Source: Pristiophorus japonicus
Lineage: Eukaryota
DNA length: 64,000 nt
NCBI RefSeq assembly: GCF_044704955.1
Contig: NC_091999.1
Span: 3,472,001-3,536,000 of the forward strand
Direction of reading: 5' to 3'
Below, in pieces: positions 48,242 to 59,799 of this stretch (position 1 is its first letter; the number at the start of each line of letters is the position of its first letter). Position numbers and translations under genes: made by a program. The notes under the pieces are model-generated. The model made no database searches, was not told the DNA's origin, and saw only the letters and a list, made by a program, of their open reading frames with translations.

Positions 48242-48709
48242 TCTCTCTCAGACCCAGAGCCAACGATTTTTCTAAATTGGATTAAATTTCCCACATTACA
48301 ACAGTGAATACACTTCAAAGGTACTTCATTGGCTGTAAAGCGCTTTGGGACGTCTGGTGGTCGAGAAAGACCCTGTATTTCGGATGAGACGTTAAACCGA
48401 GGGCCCCGTCTGCTCTCTTGGGTGGATAGTACAAGATCCCACGGCCACTATTTGGAAGAAGAGCAGGGGGGGAGTTATCCCCGGTGTCCTGGGGCCAATA
48501 TTTATCCCTCAATCAACATAACAAAAACAGATTATCTGGGTCATGATCACATCGCTGTGTGTGGGAGCTTGCTGTGCGCAAATTGGCGTTTCCCACATTA
48601 CAACAGTGACTGCACTCCAAAAGTACTTCATTGGCTGTAAAGCGCTTTGAGACGGGCGGTGGTGGTGAACGACGCTATATAAATGCAAGTCTGTCTGTCT
48701 TTATCTCGA

Positions 48710-49705
48710 GGGCTGGACTATAAAGAGGTGGAAGTGATGCCTCAGCTGTACACGCCGCTGGTGAGACCCCACCCGCAGTACTGTGTTCAGTTCTGAGCAC
48801 CACCCCTCAGGAGGGTTATATTGGCCTTGGAGGAAAGCAGCGCAGGTTCACCAGAAAGATACCGGGGCTGAAAGGGGTTTAAATTATGAGGTCAGGCTGC
48901 AGAGAGTGGGCTTGTGTTCCCTCGAGTATAGCAGATTAAGGGGTGATCTAATTGAGGTGTTCAAGATGATTAAAGGATTTCATAGGCTACCTAGAGAGAA
49001 ACTATGGAAATGTGAAACTCTCCTCCCTGTCAGCTGTTGAGGCCGGAGGGCCGGGGGAGTCAATGGAAAATTTCAAAACTGAGATTGATAGAGTTTTGTT
49101 AGGCAAGGGTATTAAAGGTTACGGAACCAAGGCGGGCAGATGGAGTTAACATCAGCCGTGATCTGATTGAATGGTCGAAAAGACTCAAGGGACTGAATGG
49201 CCTCCTCCTGTTCCTATATAACAGGCCCGAGGGGCTGAATGGCCTCCTCCTGTTCCTATATAACAGGCCCGAGGGGCTGAATGGCCTCCTCCTGTTCCTA
49301 TATAACAGGCCCGAGGGGCTGAATGGCCTCCTCCTGTTCCTATATAACAGGCCCGAGGGGCTGAATGGCCTCCTCCTGTTCCTATATAACAGGCCCGAGG
49401 GGCTGAATGGCCTCCTCCTGTTCCTATATAACAGGCCCGAGGGGCTGAATGGCCTCTTCCTGTTCCTATATAACAGGCCCGAGGGGCTGAATGGCCTCCT
49501 CCTGTTCCTGTGTAACAGGCCCGAGGGGCTGAATGGCCTCCTCCTGTTCCTATATAACAGGCCCGAGGGGCTGAATGGCCTCCTCCTGTTTCTATATAAC
49601 AGGCCCGAGGGGCTGAATGGCCTCCTCCTGTTCCTATATAACAGGCCCGAGGGGCTGAATGGCCTCCTCCTGTTCCTCTGTAACAGGCCCGAGGGGCTGA
49701 ATGGA
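48710..49705 (+). mobile_element. Old CR1 3' end whose tail expanded into a 42-bp tandem repeat (about 49190-49705)
   Basis: LRGDLIEVFKMIKG; unit acaggcccgaggggctgaatggcctcctcctgttcctatata. Confidence 0.85.
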
Positions 49706-49816
49706 CCTCCTGCTGATCCAACAATCCTCCTGATCCGTGTCAGGTTTTCCCTCCACTCACTCTGACCTCAGGAGTGGTGTCTGGCTCCATCAATTCCCTG
49801 CGGAGGGAAAAGGAAA

Positions 49817-49847
<31 letters not shown>

Positions 49848-50804
49848 TTGCAATTCCACAGTGCCTTTCACACCCTCAGGGCATCACCAAAGCGCTTCAC
49901 AATCAATTGAATGTTCTTTTTGTAATACAGTCACCGCTGTAATGTAGAAAGGCCATTTGTACACAGCAAGATCCCACAACCAGCCATGTGATAAATGACC
50001 TCGCATCATGGTTTTATTTACTGATGTTGGTTGAGGGATAAATATTGTCCCCCAGGACACCAGGTATAACTCCTCGAAACAGTGGCCATGGGATCTTTTA
50101 CGTCCACCTGAGAGGGCAGACGGCGCCTCGGTTAAACGTCTCATCTGAAAGACAGCACCTCTGACAGTGTTGGGCTCCCTCAGTACTGCTCCTCCCACAG
50201 TGCAGTGCTCCCTCAGTACTGCCCCTCCGACAGTGCGGCGCTCCCTCAGTACTGCCCCTCCGACAGTGCAGCTCTCCCTCAGTACTGCCCCTCCGACAGT
50301 GCGGTGCTCCCTCAGTACTGCCCCTCCGACAGTGCGGTGCTCCCACTGTCTGGCACCTCCTTGTGGATGGATAGAGGGTCCAGTCACTCGCCCGCTCTCA
50401 GACTTGATGGGGGATGGAGTGGGTGCGAGTCAGACTGGTGTCCGCCATCAACCGAGCTCTGGGAGTGAGAGAGAGGACTCACACAGAGAGCCAGACTTCA
50501 CTGCCTCCTCCCTGCTGTGCATTGGCCAGGGAGCAGCTCTGAGGCGTGATGCCTGCTATAGTCCATCAGCATCGGACCCGGCCTCCGTAGAGGTCACGGG
50601 TTGTGGGGCGGGGTGATCATTTTAAAGAAATAGAGCGAGATTCTGAGGGAACCATGCCTGGGCGAGGCTGGAGATTAAAGGCTTGGTTTACAGCTGAGCA
50701 GAAACAAAGACTTGGACCTCAGTTGGCCCTTCCCTTTAAGGAGGTAGCTGCTTTATTTTTTGGCCTGGCGAATAATCCCAGTTTGTCCTGCACTGCTGCC
50801 CTCC

Positions 50805-50889
50805 CAGCACCAGGCGGCGCTGCTGTTCCAGCTGAGGGGGCGTCACCGACATTAGATCGCCTGCAGTGACACCGCCCTCTGGTGGCCAC
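50805..50889. promoter_or_regulatory. Convergent CTCF-like motif pair in J-C intron
   Basis: CAGCACCAGGCGGCGCTG (+, 50805-50822) and TGGCCACCAGAGGGCGGT (-, about 50871-50888). Confidence 0.5.
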
Positions 50890-51039
50890 AAATGGAACAA
50901 AGGTGGGAACCATTCCCGCCCTTACCCCTCCCCTCTCCCCATGGGCGCAGGTTCCCACGGTGTTAGTTCCCAATGTCACCGAGTGGGAATACCCTGGCTT
51001 TCTGCCGCAGTCTCTCAAGACCCCCGAGTTCCTGATCTC

Positions 51040-51705
51040 ATAGAAACATAGAAACATAGAAAATAGGTGCAGGAGTAGGCCATTCGGCCCTTCTAGCCTG
51101 CACCACCATTCAATGAGTTCATGGCTGAACATGCAACTTCAGTACCCCATTCCTGCTTTCTCGCCATACCCCTTGATTCCCCTAGTAGTAAGGACTTCAT
51201 CTAACTCCTTTTTGAATATATTTAGTGAATTGGCCTCAACAACTTTCTGTGGTAGAGAATTCCACAGGTTCACCACTCTCTGGGTGAAGAAATTCCTCCT
51301 CATCTCAGTCCTAAATGGCTTCCCCCTTATCCTTAGACTGTGTCCCCTGGTTCTGGACTTCCCCAACATTGGGAACATTCTTCCTGCATCTAACCTGTCT
51401 AACCCCGTCAGAATTTTAAACGTTTCTATGAGGTCCCCTCTCATTCTTCTGAACTCCAGTGAATACAAGCCCAGTTGATCCAATTTTTCTTGATAGGTCA
51501 GTCCCGCCATCCCGGGAATCAGTCTGGTGAACCTTCGCTGCACTCCCTCAATAGCAAGAATGTCCTTCCTCAGGTTAGGAGACCAAAACTGTACACAATA
51601 CTCCAGGTGTGGCCTCACCAAGGCCCTGTACAACTGTAGCAACACCTCCCTGCCCCTGTACTCAAATCCCCTCGCTATGAAGGCCAACATGCCATTTGCT
51701 TTCTT
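51040..51705 (-). mobile_element. Young CR1 3' end
   Basis: ORF 51139-51690. Confidence 0.93.
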
Positions 51706-51711
51706 AACTCG

Positions 51712-52240
51712 GTCAAGTCAGGAGTGTGATGGAACACTCCCCACTTTCCTGGGTGAGTTGCAGCTCCAACAACACTCGAGAAGCTCGACACCATCCAGGA
51801 CACAGCAGCCGCTCGATCGACACGCTACCCACCACCTTCAACACTCACTCCCTCCACCACCGGCGCCCCCTGGCTGCAGTGTGCACCGTCTACAAGATGC
51901 ACCGCGGCAACTCGCCAAGGCTTCTTCAACAGCACCTCCCAAACCCGCGACCTCTACCCCCTAGAAGGACCAGGGCAGCAGGCGCATGGGAACACCACCA
52001 CCTCCACGTTCCCCTCCCGGTCACACACCATCCCTCGACTTGGGAATATATCGGCCGTTCCTTCATCGTCGCTGGGTCAAACTCCTGGAACTCCCTCCCT
52101 AACAGCACTGTGTGAGCACCTTCACCACACGGACTGCAGCGGTTCAAGAAGGCGGCTCACCACCACCTTCTCCAGGGGCGATTAGGGCTGGGCAATAAAT
52201 TCCGGCCTTGACAGCGACGCCCACATCCCAGGAACTATTA
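51712..52240 (+). mobile_element. Second CR1-like family 3' end
   Basis: Homologous to 33160-33570. Confidence 0.85.
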
Positions 52241-52566
52241 TTTTTTTTTAAAGTGGAGCTTGTTTCAGTGGGGGAGCATTTGGGGAACAGTGATCATATC
52301 ATCAGATATAGAATAGTTATGGAAAAGGACAAGGGCCAATCAAATGTGAAAATACACAACCGGAGGAGGGCTAACCGGAGTTGAAAAGGGATCAGGCCCA
52401 GGCGGGTCAGAATTGACGATCGACAGGTGAAACAGGAATGGAACAATGGGAGGCCTTCAGAGAGGAGGAAAGACAGGGCATCGAAAACTTGAGCTCCCTG
52501 GATGAGCAAAGGTATCGGAATTAAAATGAAAGGGTAAAAGACAGCTTTCGGCAAATGTCAGGTTCA

Positions 52567-52729
52567 TGTAAAAGCCGTCAATAAATTAAAATGGCGCCCG
52601 TGGTTAGACTAGTGGACTACTCCCTCTAGTGGACTGCTGATGTAATAACAATAAAAGGCCATGTGGTCACACAGTTCTGTTAGGAGCCATCTTGTAAGTG
52701 CGTGTGTGCTTGTGTCTCAAGATATCACA
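52567..52729. mobile_element. Short LTR-like element with CTCF-like motif
   Basis: TG...CA ends, AATAAA, and GTCCACTAGAGGGAG on the minus strand at about 52620-52634; no TSD seen. Confidence 0.45.
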
Positions 52730-52819
52730 GCACCCCCACATCCCGAGAGTTAATTTTTAAAAATCTACCTGAGGTGGGGTTCCGGCTAGATCCCGTTTCC
52801 GGGCCTCGGTGTGATCGAA

Positions 52820-53610
52820 AACAAAAGCAAAATACTGCGGATGCCGGAATCTGAAATAAAAACAGAAAATGCTAGCAATCTCAGCGGGCCGGGCAGCATC
52901 TGTGGAGGGAAAAACAGAGTGAACCATTCGGGTCGACAGCCCTTTGTCAGAACTGCCGAACGTTCGAAAAGGTCACATTCTTAAGCACTGAAAGGGGGAG
53001 GGGAAGAACAAAAGGGAAGGTCTGTGATTGGGGGGGGGGAAGGCGGGAGAGATTAGAGAGACAAAAAGGGCCGAACTGAAATGGTAATGGCAGAACTTAG
53101 AAAAAGGTTGATCTGGATCGGGTGTGAATGGCGGGGTAATGACCAGCTGCCATTAGAGACAAAAAGAGAAAAAAAAAAGAGAAACAACATAAGATGGCGG
53201 GGGTGGGGTGAGGGGGAGCCAAAGATGGCCAGAGATTGCGCTCTGAAATTGTCGAACTCGGTGTTTGAGAGCGGGAGGCTGTAAAGTGCCTAAAGGAAAG
53301 GCGAGGCGCTGTTCCTCGAGCTTGCGTTGAGCTCCGTTGGAACAGTGGCGGAGGCCGAGAGACGGAGAGGTCAGAGCGGGAGAGGGGCGGAGAATTAAAG
53401 GGACAGGCGACCGGAAGCTCGGGGGTCACCCATGCGGACTGAACGGAGGTGCTCCACAAAGCGGTCACCCCAGCCTGCGCCTGGTCCCCCCCCAGTGTAG
53501 AGGAGACCACACCGTGAGCAGCGAATACAGTATGCTGCATTGCAAGAAGTTACAAGTAAATCGCTGTTTCACCTGGAAAGGAGTGTCTGGGGCCCTGGAC
53601 AGTGGGAAGG
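52820..53610 (-). mobile_element. Penelope-like element 3' part (degenerate GIY-YIG endonuclease)
   Basis: Minus strand reads FQVKQRFTC..YCIRCSRCGLLYTG..RRRLG..RFVEHLRSV across frameshifts. Confidence 0.75.
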
Positions 53611-53938
53611 GAGGGGCGGGGGGGGGGGGGGGGGGGGGGGTAAAAGGGGCAGGGGGTTGCATCTCCTGCGCTTGCCCGGGAAGGATTATGTGGCCGGAAG
53701 CTCATTTCGGGGCCGCGAACCAAGGTTGCGAACGGTCTGGTTCAGCCTCAGACAGGAGTTGGGGGCGAGGGATGGGGGTTGGTGGCTCGGGAACGCAGTT
53801 TGTGGCAGGGGGGGGGGAGGGTGGGGGGGTGAGGGGGGGAGAAGCGGTGGTGAGGTGGAGCTGGGGGTAAACGTGGAATATGTACATACGTTGTCTAACC
53901 CGTCTCTCGTTCCTTCCCCCCCCCCCCCCTCTCCGCAG

Positions 53939-54282
53939 GTAGCTCGGCCCGGCCCCCTTTGGTCTCCGTCTTCGCCCCCTCCCGAGAGGAACTGGACTCC
54001 CCCTCCCAGGACGCGGCCACCCTCAGCTGCCTGGTGAGCGGCTTCACCCCGGCCTTGGTGGATGTGCAGTGGCTGGCAGACGGCGTCGAGGTGCACGAGG
54101 GCGCCAGCCGTAGCCCGGTGGCGCTGGAGGCGGGATCGGGATCGACCCACCGCCTGGTCAGCTACCTGCGCCTGACCGCCGCCGACTGGAAGGCAGGGAG
54201 GAGGTACGCCTGCCGGGTCCGGCACCAGGCGCAGGACCAGCCCATCGAGCTGAGCCTGAGCAGCCAGGCCTGCGGCCTGTAA
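53939..54282 (+). CDS. Ig light chain constant (C1-set) exon
   Basis: Acceptor ctccgcAG, phase 1. SSARPPLVSVFAPSREEL...ATLSCLVSGFTP...VQW...SYLRL...W...YACRVRH...SSQACGL*. The near-terminal Cys suits an L-H disulfide, and the stop is inside the exon (no TM segment). Confidence 0.95.
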
Positions 54283-54299
54283 GACTCTGCACTTTGTCA

Positions 54300-54892
54300 A
54301 CCAACCCCCCCCGCTCCCCACAACCCCCCCCCCTCACCCCGCTCCCCACAAACCCCCCCCTCACCCTGTTCCCCACAACCCCCCCCCCGCTCCCCACAAC
54401 CCCCCCCCTCACCCCGCTCCCCACAACCCCCCCCTCACCCCGCTCCCCACAACCCCCCCCCCCGCTCCCCACAACCCCCCCCTCACCCCACTCCCCACAA
54501 CCCCCCCCTCACCCCGCTCCCCACAACCCCCCCCCTCACCCCGCTCCCCACAACCCCCCCCCTCACCCCGCTCCCCACAATCCCCCCCCTCACCCCGCTC
54601 CCCACAATCCCCCCCTCACCCCGCTCCCCACAACCCCCCCCCCCGCTCCCCACAACCCCCCCCCTCACCCCGCTCCCCACAATCCCCCCCCTCACCCCGC
54701 TCCCCACAATCCCCCCCTCACCCCGCTCCCCACAATCCCCCCCTCACCCCGCTCCCCCCCCTCACCCCCCGCTCCCCACAACCCCCCCCTCACCCCGCTC
54801 CCCACAACCCCCCCCTCACCCCACTCCCCACAACCCCCCCCCCCGCTCCCCACAACCCCCCCCCCCCCGCTCCCCAAAACCCCCCCCCCCCA
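54300..54892. repeat. C-rich minisatellite (about 27-bp unit) immediately 3' of the C stop codon
   Basis: ccccacaacccccccctcaccccgct repeats. Confidence 0.9.
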
Positions 54893-55894
54893 CGCCCGAG
54901 GAACAGCCCTATCGATTCACCAACCCGCGCGGAAAATCCCAGCTCGTCTCGTCCGTTTGCCGACTCGACCTCCGAACCGTCCTTGCCAGTCGGCGTCGGG
55001 ACTGCTCGACGGCACAAGGCCCTGGACCCATCCAGTTCGCCCTCCACCGGCATCCCTGCTGGTCGCCCGACAACGACGACAACGGAGAGGCGCTGTCTGA
55101 TCGATCTCCGTCAGTGTTAGCGACGGGAGTCCCAGATGCGAGGCGGGGCATGGGGGGGGCAGGGGGAAACCCACCGTAACGTAGGAACGGGGAGCAGGCC
55201 ATTTAGTCCCTCGAACCTGTCCCGTCATTCAATGGGATCGCGACTGATCTGCGGCCTAACTCCACATACCCGCCTTTGCCCCGTATCCCTTAATACGTTT
55301 GCCCCGTATCCCTTAATACGTTTGGCCAATTTATCAATCTTGTCAATCTCAGATTTAAAGTTCACAATTGACTGCACCTCAACTGCTGTTTGCATGCGAG
55401 TTCCAAACTTCTACCTTTGTGTGTAGAAGTGTTTCCGAACGTCGCTCCTGAAATCCTGGCTCTTCATTTTTACACTCTGCCCACCTGCCCTGCTCTCCCC
55501 CCCTCCCCCACCTAGGCTCCCCAACCAGCAGACATAGTTACTCTCTCTCTCTCTCTACCTTATCAGTTCCCCTTTAATATCTTGAAAACTTTAACCAAGT
55601 CACCACTTAACCGCCTAAATTCCAGGGAACACAACCCGAGTTTGTGTAGTCGCTGCTGGTAATTTAACCCTTGGAGTCCGGGTGGCGTTCTGGTCAATCC
55701 ATGCAGCACTCCCTCCAAGGCCAAGATGTCCTTCGGAAGGTGTGCCCCAGAACTGAACAGAGTACTCCAGCTGTCAAGAGCTTTTGGGGAACTGTAGCTC
55801 CATGGTCACCTCTTCCGACTGAACATGCTACACTGACCACAACTCGCGCCTCACGGACTCTACCCCAAACAGTTGTATCCTAAATCTTAACAGT

Positions 55895-56425
55895 GTACAG
55901 TTTGGGTCTCCTTACCTAAGGAAGGATACACTTGCCAGAGAGGGAGTGCAGCGAAGGTTCACCAGACTGATTCCTGGGATGGGGGGGATTGTCCTATGGG
56001 GAGAGATTGAGCAGACTGAGCCGATATTCTCTAGAGTTTAGAAGAATGAGAGGTGATCTCATTGAAACATACAACGTTCTTACAGGGCTTGACAGGGTAG
56101 ATGCAGGGAGAGTGTTTCCCCCCCCGGGGCTGGGGAGTCTAGAACCAGGGGGTCACACAGTCTCAGGATAAGGGGTCGGCCATTTAGGACTGAGATGAGG
56201 AGAGACTTCTTCACTCAGAGGGGGGGTGAATCTTTGGAATTCTCTGCCCCAGAGGGCTGTGGAGGCTCAGTCTTTGAGTATATTCAAGGCTGAGACCGCT
56301 AGATTTTTGGATATTGAGGGAATCGAGGGACATGGGGACAGTGCAGGAAAGTGGTCGAAGGTCAGCCGTGATCTCATTGAATGGCGGAGCGGGCTCGAGG
56401 GGCCGAATGGCCGACTCCTGCTCCG
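55895..56425 (+). mobile_element. CR1 3' end
   Basis: RMRGDLIETY, LWNSLPQ. Confidence 0.88.
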
Positions 56426-56934
56426 AATTCTTACCTAATGAGGTTCCCGTGACGACACCCAGCGCTCGTGCTTTCTGCAGCCCTCCCGGCTTCACAACCA
56501 ACGGACGACCTCTGAACTGCAGTCACTGCTGTTGTGTCAGCAAATGTGTATTTGCGTCGAAGTTCCTCGGGGTGTGCTGTGTGCAATGTGTCTTTGTGTG
56601 TGCAGGTTGCAAATAAACGCCCTGACTCCCAGTGTCCGACTCGGCCTTCATCTTTACCTTGTTCAACCGGCGGGGAGGGGGGTGGGGGGGGTGGGGAGCG
56701 CAGGGATGCGGGGGGCGGGGGGGACCAATATAAGCAGCGGACACCTGCCTTTAGTTTGGCGTATCAGCCACGGTCATCCCCACTGTTAGCAGATCAATAG
56801 CAACGCAATCTATTAACGGGGGAACGTTCCTGAACCGATATTCGCTCAGAGTCTTGATGTCGGAAAGTGCGACTCGCGTCGGCCACCCTGAGCAAGAGTT
56901 AACCCGAGGCAAGTTTAAGTTGTAGGCAGCCTAG

Positions 56935-57630
56935 AATCATCGAACGGGTTACAGCCCAGGAGGCCATTCGGCCCGTCGAGCACCACTGCTGGCTCTCTGC
57001 AGGAGCACCTCAGCCAGTCCCACTCCCCCCGCCCTTTCCCCGGAGCCCGGCACAATTTGTTCCTGCAGGTCCTTATCCAACTCCCTTTTGAAAGCCACGA
57101 TTGAGTCTGCCCCCACCGCCCTCTCAGGCAGAGCATTCCCAGATCCTCACCACTCGCGGCGTAAAAAGGTTTTCCCTCGTGTCGCCTTTGCTTCTTATGC
57201 CAATCGCCTTAAATCTGTGTCCCTCTGGTTCTCGACCCTTCCCGCCAATGGGAACACTTTCTCTCTCTCTCTCTCTACTCTGTCCAGACCCCTCATGATT
57301 CTGAACACCTCGATCAAATCTCCTCTCCAACCTCCTCTGCTCCAAGGAGAACAACCCCGGCTTCTCCCAGTCTATCCCACGTCACTGAAGTTCCCTCATC
57401 CCGGGAACCATTCTCGTAAATCTGTTCTGCGCCCTCTCTCGGGCCTTCACATCCTCCCTAAAGTGCGGTGCCTAGAATTGGACACAATACTCCAGTTGAG
57501 GCCGAACCAGTGTTCTATAAAGGTTCATCATAACGTCCTTGCTTTTGTACTCTGTGCCTCTCTTTATGAAGCCCAGGATCCCGTAAGCTTTGTTAACCCG
57601 CTTTCTCAACCTGCCCTGCCACCTCCAACG
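56935..57630 (-). mobile_element. Old CR1 3' end
   Basis: FSLEQRRL.., FTPRVVRIW. Confidence 0.8.
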
Positions 57631-58391
57631 CTGTTCGAGCACCTTAAGTGGGCTAAAGAAAGGCAGAAAACATAAAGAAGTTGCATTTATATAGCGCCTA
57701 TCACGACCTCAGCAAGTCCCAAAGCGCTTAGCAGCCAATGAGGTACTTTTGGAGTGCAGTCACTGTTGCAATGTGGGAAACGCGGCAGGCAATTTGCGCA
57801 CAGCAAGCTCCCACACACAGCATCTGTGGTCATCTGTTTGATGTTGACTGAGGAGTAATTATTGGCCCCAGGGAGAACTCTCTTGCCCTTCTTCCAAATA
57901 GATCTGAAACACTCACCCAAGAGGCTCGACGGGGCCCTCAGTTTAACGTCTCATCCGAAAGGCGGCACCTCTGACAGTGTGGCGCTCCCTCAGCACTGCA
58001 CTGGAGTGTCAGCCGAGATTTATGTGCCGGAGTCCCTGGAGGAGGACTTGAACCCACAACCTTCTGACCCAGTGCCACTCACTGAGCGACGGCTGAACAG
58101 GAGGATGAGCAGGTCTGCAATGGCGAGTGGGCGCCTCCTGGTGGCTGAATGGGCATGGTACATGTGACTAGGTCCGCGGTAACAGCAAAGGTGAGTGGGC
58201 GCCTCCTGGTGGTATGAGGCAGTAAGTGCGGTCGATTTTCAGTTAGCGGATTAAGTTCATTTACTTTCTCGACGAGAAAACATTGTCCTGAACACATTTG
58301 CGGCCATGTTCTGGGGCGTTACACGAACCCTCCCCATTCAACACCTCAATACCACCCAAAGAGTGAGGGGTTTACGCAGGATTAACGAGGC

Positions 58392-59798
58392 CCCCACACC
58401 CCTCACTGTAACACTGATATAAACCCACACGCCTCAGTGTAACTCTGATATACCCCACACCCCTCAGTGTAACTCTGATATACCCCTCACCCCTCAGTGT
58501 AACTCTGATATACCCCTCACCCCTCAGTGTAACTCTGATATACCCCACACCCCTCAGTGTAACTCTGATATACCCCTCACTGTAACACTGATATACCCCA
58601 CACCCCTCACTGTAACACTGATATACCCCACACCCCTCACTTAACACTGATATACCCCACACCCCTCACTGTAACACTGATATACCCCACACCCCTCACT
58701 GTAACACTGATATACACCACACCCCTCACTGTAACACTGATATACTCCACACCCCTCAGTGTAACACTGATATATCCCACACCCCTCACTGTAACACTGA
58801 TATACCCCACACCCCTCACTGTAACACTGATATATCCCACACCCCTCAGTGTAACACTGATATATCCCACACCCCTCACTGTAACACTGATATATCCCAC
58901 ACCCCTCACTGTAACACTGATATACCCCACATCCCTCAGTGTAACACTGATATACCCCACACCCCTCAGTGTAACACTGATATACCCCCCACCCCTCACA
59001 GTAACACTGATATAACCCACACCCCTCACTGTAACACTGATATACCCCACACCCCTCACTGTAACACTGATATATCCCACACCCCTCAGTGTAACACTGA
59101 TATATCCCACACCCCTCACTGTAACACTGATATACCCCACATCCCTCAGTGTAACACTGATATACCCCACACCCCTCACTGTAACACTGATATACCCCAC
59201 ACCCCTCACTGTAACACTGATATATCCCACACCCCTCAGTGTAACACTGATATATCCCACACCCCTCAGTGTAACACTGATATATCCCACACCCCTCACT
59301 GTAACACTGATATACCCCACACCCCTCACTGTAACACTGATATACCCCACACCCCTCAGTGTAACACTGATATACCCCACACCCCTCAGTGTAACACTGA
59401 TATACCCCCCACCCCTCACAGTAACACTGATATAACCCACACCCCTCACTGTAACACTGATATACCCCACACCCCTCACTGTAACACTGATATACCCCAC
59501 AACCCTCACTGTAACACTGATATACTCCACACCCCTCAGTGTAACACTGATATATCCCACACCCCTCACTGTAACACTGATATACCCCACACCCCTCACT
59601 GTAACACTGATATATCCCACACCCCTCAGTGTAACACTGATATACCCCACACCCCTCACAGTAACACTGATATAACCCCCATTGTAACACTGATATACCC
59701 CACACGCCTCACTGTAACACTGATATACCCCACACCCCTCACTGTAACACTGATATACCCCTCATTGTAACACTGATATACCCCACACCCCTCAGTGT
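58392..59798. repeat. 30-bp minisatellite, left part
   Basis: cccctcactgtaacactgatataccccaca. Confidence 0.95.
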
Positions 59799-59799
59799 A

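Noticed and set aside
42003-54282. TCR chain, Ig heavy chain, or non-rearranging UrIg/germline-joined VJ gene
   Set aside because: V and J are split with V12/J23 RSSs, no D segment is evident, the single C ends with Cys and a stop with no TM exon, and the promoter has an octamer.
54294-55100. Proline-rich 268-aa ORF after C
   Set aside because: Translation of a C-rich minisatellite.
58637-59705. Repetitive GVGYISVT / YQCYSEGCG ORFs
   Set aside because: Artefact of the 30-bp minisatellite.
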